From: Camelus ferus
Lineage: Eukaryota
Assembly: GCF_009834535.1 (NCBI RefSeq)
Contig: NC_045698.1
Location: 15,006,001 to 15,070,000 of the forward strand
Length of the DNA stretch: 64,000 nt
Reading direction: 5' to 3'
The translations under genes were made by a program, and so were the position numbers. Position 1 is the stretch's first letter, and each line of letters begins with the position of its first letter. This document shows, in pieces, positions 52,388 to 64,000 of this stretch. The notes beneath the pieces were generated by a model. It was given only the letters and a program-made list of their open reading frames with translations. It did not search any database and had not been told where the DNA came from.

Positions 52388-54417
52388 GATAGGATACACC
52401 AGCTCTACGTTGTAAATCTAAACATGACTTCCAGAAAACCACAAAACTGATCTAGAGATTTAGCAATCAGGAAACCACACGTAGAATCAAATAATTCAAG
52501 GACACATACTATTAAAACTGGCGTCAAACCAGGAGATGACTGAGAAATGCACTGAAATGTTTGTCTGATCCTCTACTCAGAACTGGTTAAAATACTTTAA
52601 ACTATCCTCTCTTTTTAAAATGTTTTCATATTTTTAGCCTAATTAAAATTCTGATTGCTTCAATTTTCTTGGTTCTTTGAGTACAGGTAGACAAGTATTA
52701 TGATTTTGTTTGGTTTAATTGTTGTCATTAATAGTGTACATATATTTCTCAATATATCAGCATTTTCCCATTGACAGTCACATTTAGTTAGTCTTCACCC
52801 TTCAAATGTTCATTTTGCAATCACATTTGTTGAGCATGTTAAAAATTGTACATTTGTAAAACAAATCTCCCATCTAGAAATAAAGTAGTTTTGGCTCAGA
52901 ACAGCTTCATCTTGTTTATTATATTGACATTTTGAAATCTGTAACCAGGTTTAATTTGAGTTTGTAATACTCCTCAGGTTCACTGTCATTCATTCTACAG
53001 ATAAATGTCTTGGTTAGAATGTTTGTGTGAGGCATATTCAAATGGAAGTTTAAACATGAGACAGGTTGGGGATGAACACTGTAAAGTGTATTTTACAACA
53101 GATTAAACATGAGCATGGAGAATACATGGAAATCCAGCTATTTACTCATTTATGGATGATCCCTTCACTTTTTTCATTAGTTTTTACAATAGATAATTGT
53201 GCATGTTAATTACCATAGTTATGAAAAATGTATTTTTGTTAAACACAATGACTGTTTTACTAAATTCATTTTTGTTGCATTGGACTGTTTACCTGAGTGG
53301 AATGTATATTGATTATATTCCTCATTCTTATGTTAGTGAAGATTAAGGAGGAAAAACAGGTGATTAAAAAACAAAACACTATATTGCCTTTGCATAGCTG
53401 ACTGTGGTGTTAAAAAGCATTGGCCCAACAGAGATTGCTAACTCTGTGCCTCCATACCCCTTTCTAGTGCCCTTACTCATTGCACTTTCAACCCTGAACA
53501 AAGGGATATTTCATCTAAGTGAGTAGATCCTCATCTTGATTGGATAACGTTTATTAAGGCACAATTCTCTGTGTTGAAAGGTCAAGGGCTTTCTTTTGTC
53601 CCTTCTAATTTATGCTTCTCAAGCAATTGTGTATACAATATAAGCCCGTTCCTGGACCTATATGCTAAACTGGCATTCTTGCTTCCTTCCTTCTTCTTTC
53701 TTCTATAAGATATCGAGTATTTGGATACTCAATTCATTTTGTGTTTAGTGACCAACTGCAAATTAGAGACTATTGGAAATAAAGGAGGCTGTCCAGGTCT
53801 TGGCTGAAATTTTGGCAGAGTTTAGCACTGACACCTGCAGAAGGATATGAGATATATGCCTTCCAGATAATAAACATTTCTTGTCCCTTCAAGCTTCTTA
53901 CAGAGGGGCAGGTGATGGCTCAGGAAGAATTCCCGTATTCCTTATCATTTTTTATCAAATTTATATTGAATCTCTATCACTACCAAAAATACTGTATTCT
54001 CAGAGCAGAGGAACGAATACGTGACAGGACAAGGATTTGAAATTCAAGTGTCATTTCGGCATATCTGGATCTAGAATTGTTAAAAGACTTTCCCTAAAAA
54101 CTAGAAATTTTTATTGTGCCACAGAAATTAGCAAGAAAAAGGGGTTAACTTTTGGATTGAGAAAAGATTACCTGATTAACAAAAATAGCAATCATCTATT
54201 TAAAAAAAAAACATATTGTTCATGCACTCAGAGGATCATTTTGTAAACACACCATAGAGAAGGGGCATCTGCACTTTTAGGAGTAGAATTCCATAATGTG
54301 GTTGACATTTGTCACATCTTGCTTACTCAGAATTGGAACTTTCTACATTTTTAGCAAGTCCTCCTTGTTTTAGATCTGGTGAAATCTGAAAAGAGAAAGC
54401 AAGTCTTCCGTTTCACT

Positions 54418-54930
54418 TGTTTTAGTGAGTTTTAAAACATGGTCCACATTTTCCAATACTCACTCGTTAGTGTAGTCCCCTCACCTATAAATTAGTCAGG
54501 CCCTGTGATGCACCCTTAACTAAATGTGGCAGAGGTGACATTGGGCTAGTTCCCTTATGAAGCCATAATAGTTTCCATTTTTTCGCTCTTGGAAACCCTG
54601 AGCTATAATATACATATTAAGAGACACTGCTGGGAGAAGACATGTGAAGTGCTGTCTAGACACAACAAAGTTGAACTGAGACTGAGATTCAGGGATTCAG
54701 TGTCTTACTGAGCCTGATGTACCAGCCGTCCCTGACAACACATCAGATACATGTGTGAAGCCATCTTGGAACAACCATCTGACTGTAGTTACATAAAAGA
54801 CTCCAAAAGACAAGAGAGAAGGACACCTAACTGGGCCCTGGTCAAACAACAGAATTACAAGAAATAATGTAATTATGATTTTCTTAAGCCACTAGTTTCT
54901 AGAAAAGTAGGGAACAAATCAATAGATACC
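54418..54930 (+). mobile_element. MaLR LTR (MLT1G/H-like)
   Basis: AAATGTGGCAGAGGTGACATTG, CGCTCTTGGAAACCCTGAGC, CATGTGTGAAGCCATCTTGGA, TTAAGCCACTAGTTT...AATAGATA. Confidence 0.75.
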
Positions 54931-55199
54931 CCCCCAAAAAAAAGCCCACACACTGGCAACTAAAGGGTAGGCACATAACCAGTCTTGGCCAACTGTTGGC
55001 TGTCACTGGGAGAAATCTGTCCTCGTTTAATGGGGTCAGTTGAATCTGACAGCACTGAAAATTCAATTCACATGTAGGCATGGGACTTCAGCAGCCCACA
55101 ACAAACACTGGTGAAGGGAATATTTATAATATTACCTGGAGTCACCTGAAATGCTGCACCATTCAGTGCAATGAAGGCAAGTTTTTGTAGGAACATTTT

Positions 55200-56400
55200 T
55201 TACTTTCACTTAAGAGATGGTAGAAATGCAAGAGCTACAGGGGTCTACTGGCCGCGTCACTAACTGAATTAACAAACAAACCCGAAAGCATAAAGTTTTC
55301 CCACCAGAAGAATTACAGTATTTAGATAAATAATACTGGGAGCGGGGAATCTGGAAAATGTGTGGCATTAGATTCCATATTAATAGATTCTGAGGATGGT
55401 CCAATAAAAAGTGAAAAACATGGATATACATGGAAGAATGTGCTCAGACACGTACAAGCACTGAGACACAGTGTGGTCTAGCAGCTTTAAATGGTTTCAA
55501 TAATTTCTTGGACTAACCGACTAAAGACCTGACCTCACTAGCTACACAGAATAGCTTAAGTGGCCATGCCAGAAACTCTTTGGCATAATTTACACAGAGA
55601 AATTGTAAAATTTGGGGGATTTTACTTCCGAAGTGACATTTACTTGTGATATGTAGCCAAGATGATGCCTCAAAAGACACTTCTTGCCGAGAAAGTACGG
55701 AGGCTAGGGGAGCCTAGGGGACATGGCGGTGCAACACAACGTGGTACAGCGGTTGGCATCCTAGAGCAGAAACGGAGAAGGACATCAAGAATAGCTAGTG
55801 ATAAACAGACAAATTGAGGACTCTGTCTAATAACAATGAGGCATCAGTACTGGTCCATGAGCTGTGACAGATGTCCCATACTGTTGTTAAGATACCAACA
55901 GTAAGGGAAACGGGGTGTAAGGCGTTGCATAAATCAAGAGTAGATTTTCTTGAAGAGACCCATGCAGGTATTAGATGTGTATCTCCCTTTCAGCTTTCTC
56001 TCAAGGGAATCTGAGTCCGTGGTAGTTTTGCACTAAAATAAGAGGGTCTGACCTGGCCATAGAATTACAGGAGTGTTATTTGTGGAGTGATGCTAATTCT
56101 TGTGGACTCAGTCAGAAGAAGTGGGGTCTATAGTGGACTGATTACACAGACTGTCTTGACATGAATATGCCTCAAAGAAAGCCTAGAAGAAACCAGACCC
56201 CATCTTGTGCTTACTTTCTTTGTAATTGAGTTTATACTCAGAATAGTGATGCTTGCTAATTGGCAAAAACACCACATTGGCTGACTGAATAAACGGGCAA
56301 TGTATAGTCAGACAAGTGAGTCCAAATAGATGCCTTTTGAGATACTGGAGACTTTTCACTCCATCATAAGAATGTGTCAAAAAACCATCTCCTCCTAGGA
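55200..56400 (+). mobile_element. ERVL-class internal relic (gag then protease region), interrupted by an L1MC-like piece at about 55750-55925
   Basis: CTAGCAGCTTTAAATGGTTTCAATAATTTCTTGG...ATGCCAGAAACTCTTTGGCATA (gag-like); CTCAAGGGAATCTG...GTGGGGTCTATAGTGG...CCCATCTTGTG...AATTGGCAAAAACACCACATTGG (protease-like). Confidence 0.6.
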
Positions 56401-56680
56401 ATCAAAGTTTAAATCATGCGATACCAAAAATAAAACAAAACAGTACTTCCTCACAGAAATAACAGTTACACAAGCAGTAGAGGATATACACAAAGACATA
56501 AAAGAAAAGAAAATCTGTAGATAAAGAAAACTAGTCACACCTTCTAATCTCTAGAAATGTTACTCCCAAGCAGTTAAAACTGATCAAAAAATCAACATTG
56601 ATTGAAAGAATTTACTGTAAAAAATAATGGTCTTAGACATACAAGACTCCTGATTGACAACAGAAGATGAAAAAAAAATG

Positions 56681-56683
<3 letters not shown>

Positions 56684-56714
<31 letters not shown>
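56684..56714. repeat. (AC)n microsatellite
   Basis: Direct read. Confidence 0.95.
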
Positions 56715-56715
<1 letters not shown>

Positions 56716-57960
56716 TATTTAAATAAGTATATCAAAGAATGGCAGTCAGATTTCATTAGAGGGTCATGGGCTACTTTAACTTTTAGAGGTTTACAAGACT
56801 GAGAGATTCCCTTCCTTACTATCTTGTCTTTAGTTGACAGTGTTTAATAGTGTTTTATTTATTTGTATGTTTTGTTTTTTCTGCTCTTTCCCATTAGAGA
56901 AATGTATCACCTTAACTTGCTTTCTGTTCCTTAAGCATGAATAAAATCATTTAGTTAACCTACCAGTGGATTTATTTCCTTAATTTGTAACCTCTTTTCA
57001 CTTCTCCTTCCTTTCTTACATTTTAAATGAAATTGGAAAAATAAAGCAGGACTGATAGAATAAATACAGTATACAGTTTAGTGTGTAAAAATGAGACAGA
57101 AAACTCTCTGTGGTAGAGGTGTAAATCACATATTTGACCCAGGAGTTTGTGAAAAGAAAAATTAAATGAGTCCCAATTAAACCTAGCGCAAGGCTTAGCA
57201 GACCTAGTGTTTATTTTTTGTTAGAAATTGGAAGATCACACCGTGGGAATAGAGTGTTTTAAAGGAAGATCCTTGGTTTCATGTTAATTAAAAATCAGAT
57301 TAACCTCAGACTGAGTAAAGAAATAGCCATTGCTTTTTTAGCATGGGCAAAGCACCAGAAAGAGCTTCATCGCATTTAATTGCTATATGTGAACCTGAAT
57401 CATAAGTATTTATTGCCTACTCGGCTTGGGTATCAAAATGATTCTTTGGGTCACAAATTTTGGTTATTATTTTGTGTTTTATCTGTTGATTGTAAGTAAA
57501 AATAATAAAATACATTTTCTTAAACATGAAGGCTCGAACTTATACAAACAAGTCCTTTCCAAAATTGTGCACAAGTCTATTTGTCTAATTTAAATGTTCA
57601 GTTCTTTTCATACTGAAATCTTTATTTTGTCATTGAAATAGTATAATCCATTGCAGTACATCTTCAAATAGGAATTAGTAAAATAATTTTAATTTTAATT
57701 ATGAGAATAATTAGAATAATGTGGCTGCATTGCAAACTTTGACAAAAAAGAAAAAACTTTAACATAAAAATAGTTTGTTATATAATTTTCAAAAAATTTT
57801 GTAAGAATCGTCTAAGTAAACTATGTAGAGAACAAATCAAATAAAGTTCCAATCCCAAACTAGAATGATTCACACAACTTTGATTTAATGCATGTTAATC
57901 TACTAAGTATTTTAAATTAAGAATCACATATTTACAGGATTATTAGAGACACATACAATT

Positions 57961-57990
57961 TTCAAAATGTTCCAAAATGTTCCAAAATGT
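57961..57990. repeat. 10-bp tandem repeat x3 (TCCAAAATGT)
   Basis: TTCAAAATGT TCCAAAATGT TCCAAAATGT. Confidence 0.9.
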
Positions 57991-59099
57991 CTATATTAAG
58001 GGAGGAAAGCTCTGGTTGAATGAAACAAAATCACTTGTAGGTTACAGCTGACTATTCCAGAAACAAAACAAAACAATTTCAAAGTAGCAAACTAAAGTAG
58101 ATTCTATAAAATGTATTTCAGAAAGGACAACTGACTTTCAGACTAGACGTTTACAAAATTAGATATTTTACAGATGTCATCTTTGCTGAAGTATTAATTT
58201 AATTATATAAATTGTATGGAAAACATGCATTAAAATTTGCTTACCCTTATGTACAACAATTAAAACAGTATAACATTCTAAAATTAGGCCTCCAGTTTTA
58301 AACCTCAAGACACTAAAATGTGACTATGCTTTGAAACACTTAAATTTGCGAAAGTATAATTTTATAGATCTTTATTGAAGAGCGCATGAAATTTGAAGTT
58401 TCTATGCCCAACAATGTGATTATGTTACACATGCTAAAATAAAAATCATTTTTATTAAGTATTATATAATCACTGTATTAATTTATATAAAATCAAAGAA
58501 AAATTTAAAATAAAAATCACAAAGCCCCAAGGACGAGGGAGAAATAGCAGAATAGTAAAATCTTTAGATTTCAGTGGTGTTCCATTCTGAGAAAAAGTGC
58601 ATTAAAATAGAAAACAAAAAATTGTAGTACTCTATAGAATGCCTGTCTCTTCAATAAAATATGCCTAAATTATTTAAATTCAATTTTTATAATATACTTT
58701 TTTCCAAATACAGTGCAGGTCAAATTGTACTAGTGAAGTATCATTTTGTACACTTTGATCCAAATCGAAAATTAATAAAATACCAACAACCCAGAAGAAT
58801 ATGGGCTCCAGATATGCACAAGAGTTCCCAGAGAAATGTACCCAATTACCTTTAAAATAAATGCAAGTATGTTCAGAGTTTTTATAAAAATGAACTGTAA
58901 CTCAAAACTACAGTGAGATATATTTTCATACTTTATTGTTGAAAATCATTGAAAATCAGAAATGGTACAATTTCTATGGAAAACAATTGTAATGTTGTAA
59001 AATCGCTTGCTTTCAAATTTGGGTATTTTTAGAAAACAGTTTCTGAAGTCAGGCTAAGTGCTCATTCTTCTTTAGTGAGTACGAACCCAAGACACTAAG

Positions 59100-61350
59100 A
59101 ATGAGGACAAATGAAGAAAAGTAGAGAAAGGAGATCAATGCGATGCTGGAACAGACTATCCCTGCCAGACATTCTAGGCCGTTTAGCCAAGGAGGATATC
59201 TTCAAGAAATTTGTATCCATAATCTATACCTCGAATCAGTCCACAGGTGGTGGAAAAGATAAGGGTTTTATCAGACTGGTTCTTTCCTCTCTCCTAATTC
59301 CCCTGGAGAACACTCATGCAATTTAAAGTATTATTTGGCTCCTTTGCTTACCGGTCAGAAAGTCAGTTTCCATCTCCTTTATTGTTTTCTTCAGAAAACA
59401 GACTCTGGGCATTGGCTGGCCATCTGGCTGGAGCTGGGACATAGGGCTCAGCACTAGTAGGCAAGCAGAGTCCATCAGCTGTGAAATCTGCTGACACAGA
59501 GCAGGCGGCTGATGGTTTCCCGGAGGGGCTGGGGCAATCTGAAGAGGTACATCAAAACGGCTGATGATCCGTACTGTGCGCACCACTCAGATCCGGTCAT
59601 TTGTCCACATTGCAACTAGCTTCCACAGTACAGCCCAGAGTCGTGACTTTTTGTCAGGACAAAATATAGCCAGTTTTTCCTAAGAGGATAGAGGTACAAT
59701 CTATCAATCACAGGGTCTCTTTCAAGGTGATTCTAAGCCACTTTTCCCTGGAAAACTTACAGTCATAGGAAAGCAAAAGCACAGACTCTGCTGGCCCAGC
59801 TGGTCTCAAGGTTACAGCAGATACTTATCATCTTTCTTCCACCAAACCATTCAAAATGTCCCTCATCTGCTGCCAACGCTTTGGCTGGTTTAGTTTGCTT
59901 ATCTGCTGGGGAGACTGAGACCTTCAATCCCCAAAGTGTCTGAACTTTTTAATTCCTGCCATTGTCTGGATTTTGATTTTTATCACGCCCGACAACAGTT
60001 GCTAATTGACTGGGGGACACAAAAAGAGGTCTAAGTAAGTTCTCTGGATCCAAGGTAATCCTTCTTGCCCTCACTATGTGGTAGTAACCTTGGGTTTTCA
60101 TGGTAGTGAAGATGCATTATTTTAGGCAATAAACTATTTATTTTTCATTTGCCTGTTTATCCACTACCATGAGGAACCCAAAGCAGAAGAGCCCTGCTCA
60201 TATTCCAAATCAGTGAGTCACTTACTGGTCCTCTTAGGGGGTGTTCCCTCCCTGCCATGAACATTTTTGTAACCCTGCGGATCCCAAGTTCTTAAGAACC
60301 GAAAGCCCAAATGTCATAAATGGATAACTGGGTTTGACAGTGAAATAAGCGAATCATTCTTACACTCTTTGGTTTAGAAAACCATGTGTAATAGCTATTG
60401 GGGACACAATACAATGCATTGGGGTTTTGTGGCTTTTTTTTTTTTTTTTTTTAAGTTCAGTGCCTTTATCTCATTTAAAAGACAGCACAATGTTCAAACT
60501 CCTCCAGATGCTGTTTACCTGAGTCTCCCTCTGTTTAGCCAGACAGTTCCATACTGGTATACATAGAGAGTTAATTCTATATTTAGAAGTCTATTGTTAC
60601 TCTTCTTTAGATGTAAAATATTGCTTTTTTTTCCTCAGAAAATTGTATGGCATACCATGTTGATAGTTAAGGCACTCTGTAAGACTTCAGATTTTAGAGA
60701 GAGAGAGGGAGAGAGAGAGAGAATCCAGCAGTTAAGAAGGATCACAACTGTTTCCACAGGGTACCATCCCAAAGCCTCAGTATTTGCTTACTTCCTGATC
60801 AGTGGGTCCCTGGGCAATAGCAATAGGGAGATGAGTCTCAGTGAAAGGGAGCTTGTGTTTTACCCCAAGCGGAACCCTGGCCCACTGATTCCGGCCACGC
60901 CATCACTGGCTTACTGAACAAGCACAGGTGTGGCAAGAAGAGAGGCTGACACGCTGGTAGGAACCTGCTTGCTGTGTGCAGCCCCGGCCAGGAATACCCT
61001 CTAGTGGGCCTGAATTTCAACCATAAAAATCGTGACTCGTACACAGTCTGAGAGCTCTATCCATGTATCTATTCCCCAGAGCTCCTTGGCTGTAGTTAGA
61101 TCTGTCTTGACGAGAGGAAGTTAATATGGTTTACTCCCCTTACCTTTCTGCCTCTTGGAATTTTGAGAATGTTTTCGTTTTTTGTTTTGTTTGGGATTTG
61201 CCACTAGATGACAATTGCACTTGCACTTCTGTGATGCCACAGTGTGCAGACCTGGGGGATCTGAATATGCAAATTATCTTCTAGAACAGACTATGTGCGA
61301 TATAATTACCATGGACAATGAGCTCATGTAATACCATAAAATTAGCCAGA
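59100..61350 (-). mobile_element. ERVL-class internal relic (3' pol/integrase side), antisense
   Basis: Higher-GC block; TGCCTGTTTATCCACTACCATGAGGAACCCAAAG and GGTTTAGAAAACCATGTGTAATAGCTATTGGGACACAATAC resemble the antisense ERVL integrase 3' region; subfamily not resolved. Confidence 0.45.
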
Positions 61351-61931
61351 GAAAATTCAACATCACATATTATCACAACTCTATAACTAATTCTCAACAT
61401 AAGACATAGTTTTCTTTTAATTTTTCCCTACTAATATCATGTTTTCTTATACAAGTTTAAAATCATTAGAAAATTCTAATGCTTTCATTGAAAGAATTCT
61501 TAACATAATGGTGATATATTGGGTCAATTTGAATTGACTTTTATGAGTTCTGAGTCACTAACATTTCTAAAGTCAAGGCTTGCTAAGTGCTTTTGAGCAC
61601 CTATCATACATTCCTAACAAACAGCTTCATGGTTATGACACATGAATCACTTACATTTTGGTAAAGGATGGTTTTCATTGCATTTTTATTGTGATGAATC
61701 ACTACATGTGGAAGATTAAATTATTGTTCTTAATTTTAATTCACTGACTAGTAGTATGCATTGATCATGCCATCACGGTGAATGGAATTTTCTTTGCTGC
61801 CCTTGAAATTAGTATCATCCAAAACACACACAGATATTTACACTTAATTTACTTCAGTAACACTTAAATTACTTATGTGTATATGTATATATGCACACAC
61901 ACATAAACATATGCAGATATAAAATTTTATT

Positions 61932-63060
61932 ATTTTTTTCCTTTGTAACAGTTTTATTGGACTATAACTCATATAACATAAAACTAACTCTTTAAAGTCT
62001 ATGATTCAGTGGGTTTAGTATATTCAGAGTTGTGGAACCATCACAATTATCTAATTTTAGAATGTTTTTATCAGTCCCAAAAGAAACCTTATACCCATCT
62101 CCCCCTTCCCTTGGTGCCTGGCAACAACTACTATATTTTCTCTCTCTATGGGTTTGCCTATTTTGGACATTTCATCTAAATGGAATCATACAGTGTAGTC
62201 TGGGTTCTTTCATTTAGCATGTTTTCAGAGTTCACTCATTAGTAGCATGTAGCAGTACTCCACTCTTTTTGCACCTGCATAATATTCCATTGTATGGATA
62301 TAGCACATTCATTTATCTATTCATTGGGACAAGGGACATTTGAGTTGTTTCCACTTTTTGGCTATAATGAATAAGGTTGCTGTGAACATTTATGTACAAG
62401 TATATACATGGCCCAATGTTTTCATTTATCCTGGGTATGTAACTAAGGAATGAAATTTCTTGGTAATATATTAACTGTATGTTCAATCATTGAGGAGCTT
62501 CCAGGCTATTTTCCAAAATAGCACTTCATTTCACATTCCCACTAGAAGTGTATGAGAATTCTCATTTCTCCAGATTCTTCTACACGTTTGTTATCTGACC
62601 TCGATGTAGCCCTACTAGTAGGTGTGAAGTGGTACCTCGTGGTTTTGATTTGTGTTTCCATTATAACTAATAATGTTGAGCATCTTTTCATGTACTTATT
62701 GATCATTTGTATATCTTCTTTGGTAAAATGTCTTAGTTTAATTTCTCATTTTAAAAATTATTTGTCTTTTTATTGTTGAGCTGTCTGACTTCTTTATATA
62801 TCCTGAATACAAGTCTCTTATTAGATAGACGATTTGAAAATATTTTTCACCATTCTGTGGATTGTATTTTCATTTTATGATGATGTCCTTTGAAGAATAC
62901 ATTTTAAAAATTTTGATGAAGTCCGATTTATCTTGTTTTTTTCTTTTGTTGTGTTTGATGTCATATCTAAAAGGCTTTGCATAACCCAAGATTACACAGA
63001 TTTTCTGATAAGTTTTCTTCAGGGATTTTTAGTTTTATATTTAGTAGATCTGTCATCCTA
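61932..63060 (-). mobile_element. L1MB-like 3' region, antisense
   Basis: TTTAGTATATTCAGAGTTGTGGAACCATCAC...TTGGACATTTCATCTAAATGGAATCATACAGT...ATATTCCATTGTATGGATATAGCACATT...GTGAAGTGGTACCTCGTGGTTTTGATTTG. Confidence 0.85.
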
Positions 63061-63061
63061 T

Positions 63062-64000
63062 TTTTTTAAACATTTTTTATTGATTTATAATCATTTTACA
63101 ATGTTGTGTCAAATTCCAGTGTAGAGCACAATTTTTCAGTCATACATGAACATATATGTATTCATTGTCTCATTTTTTTCTCTGTGAACTACCATAAGAT
63201 CTTGTATATATTTCCCTGTGCTACACAGAATAATCTTGTTTATCTGTTCTACAATTTTGAAATCTCAGTCTATCTCTTCCCACCCCCTGCCCCCTTGGCA
63301 ACCAGAAGTTTATATTCTATGTCTGTGAGTCTATTTCTGTTTTGTATTTATGCTTTGTTTGTTTGTTTGTTTGTTTTTTAGATTCCACATATGAGCGATC
63401 TCATATGGCATTTTTCTTTCTCTTTCTGGCTTACTTCACTTAGAATGACAATCTCCAGGAGCATCCATGTTGCTGCAAATGGCGTTATGTTGTCAGTTTT
63501 TGTGGCTGAGTAGTATTCCATTGTATAAATATACCACCTCTTCTTTATCCAGTCATCTGTTGATGTACATTTAGGCTGTTTCCATGTCTTGGCTATTATA
63601 AATAATGCTGCTATGAACATTGGGGTGCAGGTGTCATCCTTCTGGAAGTAGGGTTCCTTCTGGATATATGCCCAGGAGCAGGATTCCTGGGTTGTATGGT
63701 AAGTCTATTCCTAGTCTTTTGAGGAATCTCCATACTGTTTTCCACAGTGGCTGCACCAAACTGCATTCCCACCAGCAGTGTAGGAGGGTTCCCTTTTCTC
63801 CACAGCCTTTCCAGCATTTGTCGTTTGTGGATTTTTGAATGATGGCCATTCTGACTGGTGTGAGGTGATACCTCATTGTAGTTTTGATTTGCATTTCTCT
63901 GATAATTAGTGACGTAGAGCATTTTTTTATGTGCCTATTGATCATTTGTATGTCTTCCTTGGAGAATTGCTTGTTTAGGTCTTCTGCCCATTTTTGGATT
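63062..64000 (-). mobile_element. Young LINE-1 (probably lineage-specific): 3' UTR plus ORF2 C-terminus; continues beyond the window
   Basis: ORF 63634-63945 ([21 protein letters not shown]...[19 protein letters not shown]) and ORF 63378-63620 ([18 protein letters not shown]...EYYSA...LSEVSQKEK) are the ORF2p cysteine-rich C-terminus, split by one frameshift; T-rich tail at about 63062-63080. Confidence 0.95.

Noticed and set aside
1..64000. CRISPR arrays, operons, rRNA genes or a CpG-island promoter
   Set aside because: The sequence is CpG-depleted mammalian DNA; I saw no repeat-spacer array, rRNA-like block or CpG island

Overview
AT-rich mammalian non-coding DNA (intergenic or deep intronic). 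The host is most likely a camelid, because two tRNA-Ala-derived SINE copies resemble Vic-1. I found no convincing host protein-coding exon; most ORFs in the track are chance frames or LINE-1 remnants. Much of the window is decayed interspersed repeats: MaLR/MLT LTRs, ERVL internal fragments, ERV1-type solo LTRs, L1 of several ages, L2, MIR, MER58A and microsatellites. The stand-out is a ~1.3 kb stretch on the minus strand (~44050-45405) that I could not assign to any repeat family. Its hand translation, through stops and frameshifts, gives a collinear series of motifs resembling filovirus (Mononegavirales) nucleoprotein, so it is a candidate ancient endogenous non-retroviral RNA-virus element. 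A second oddity is a possible Mutator/MULE transposase relic at ~6.76-7.39 kb. Repeat subfamily names and viral reference peptides are recalled from memory, not from searches, and boundaries of old repeats are approximate.
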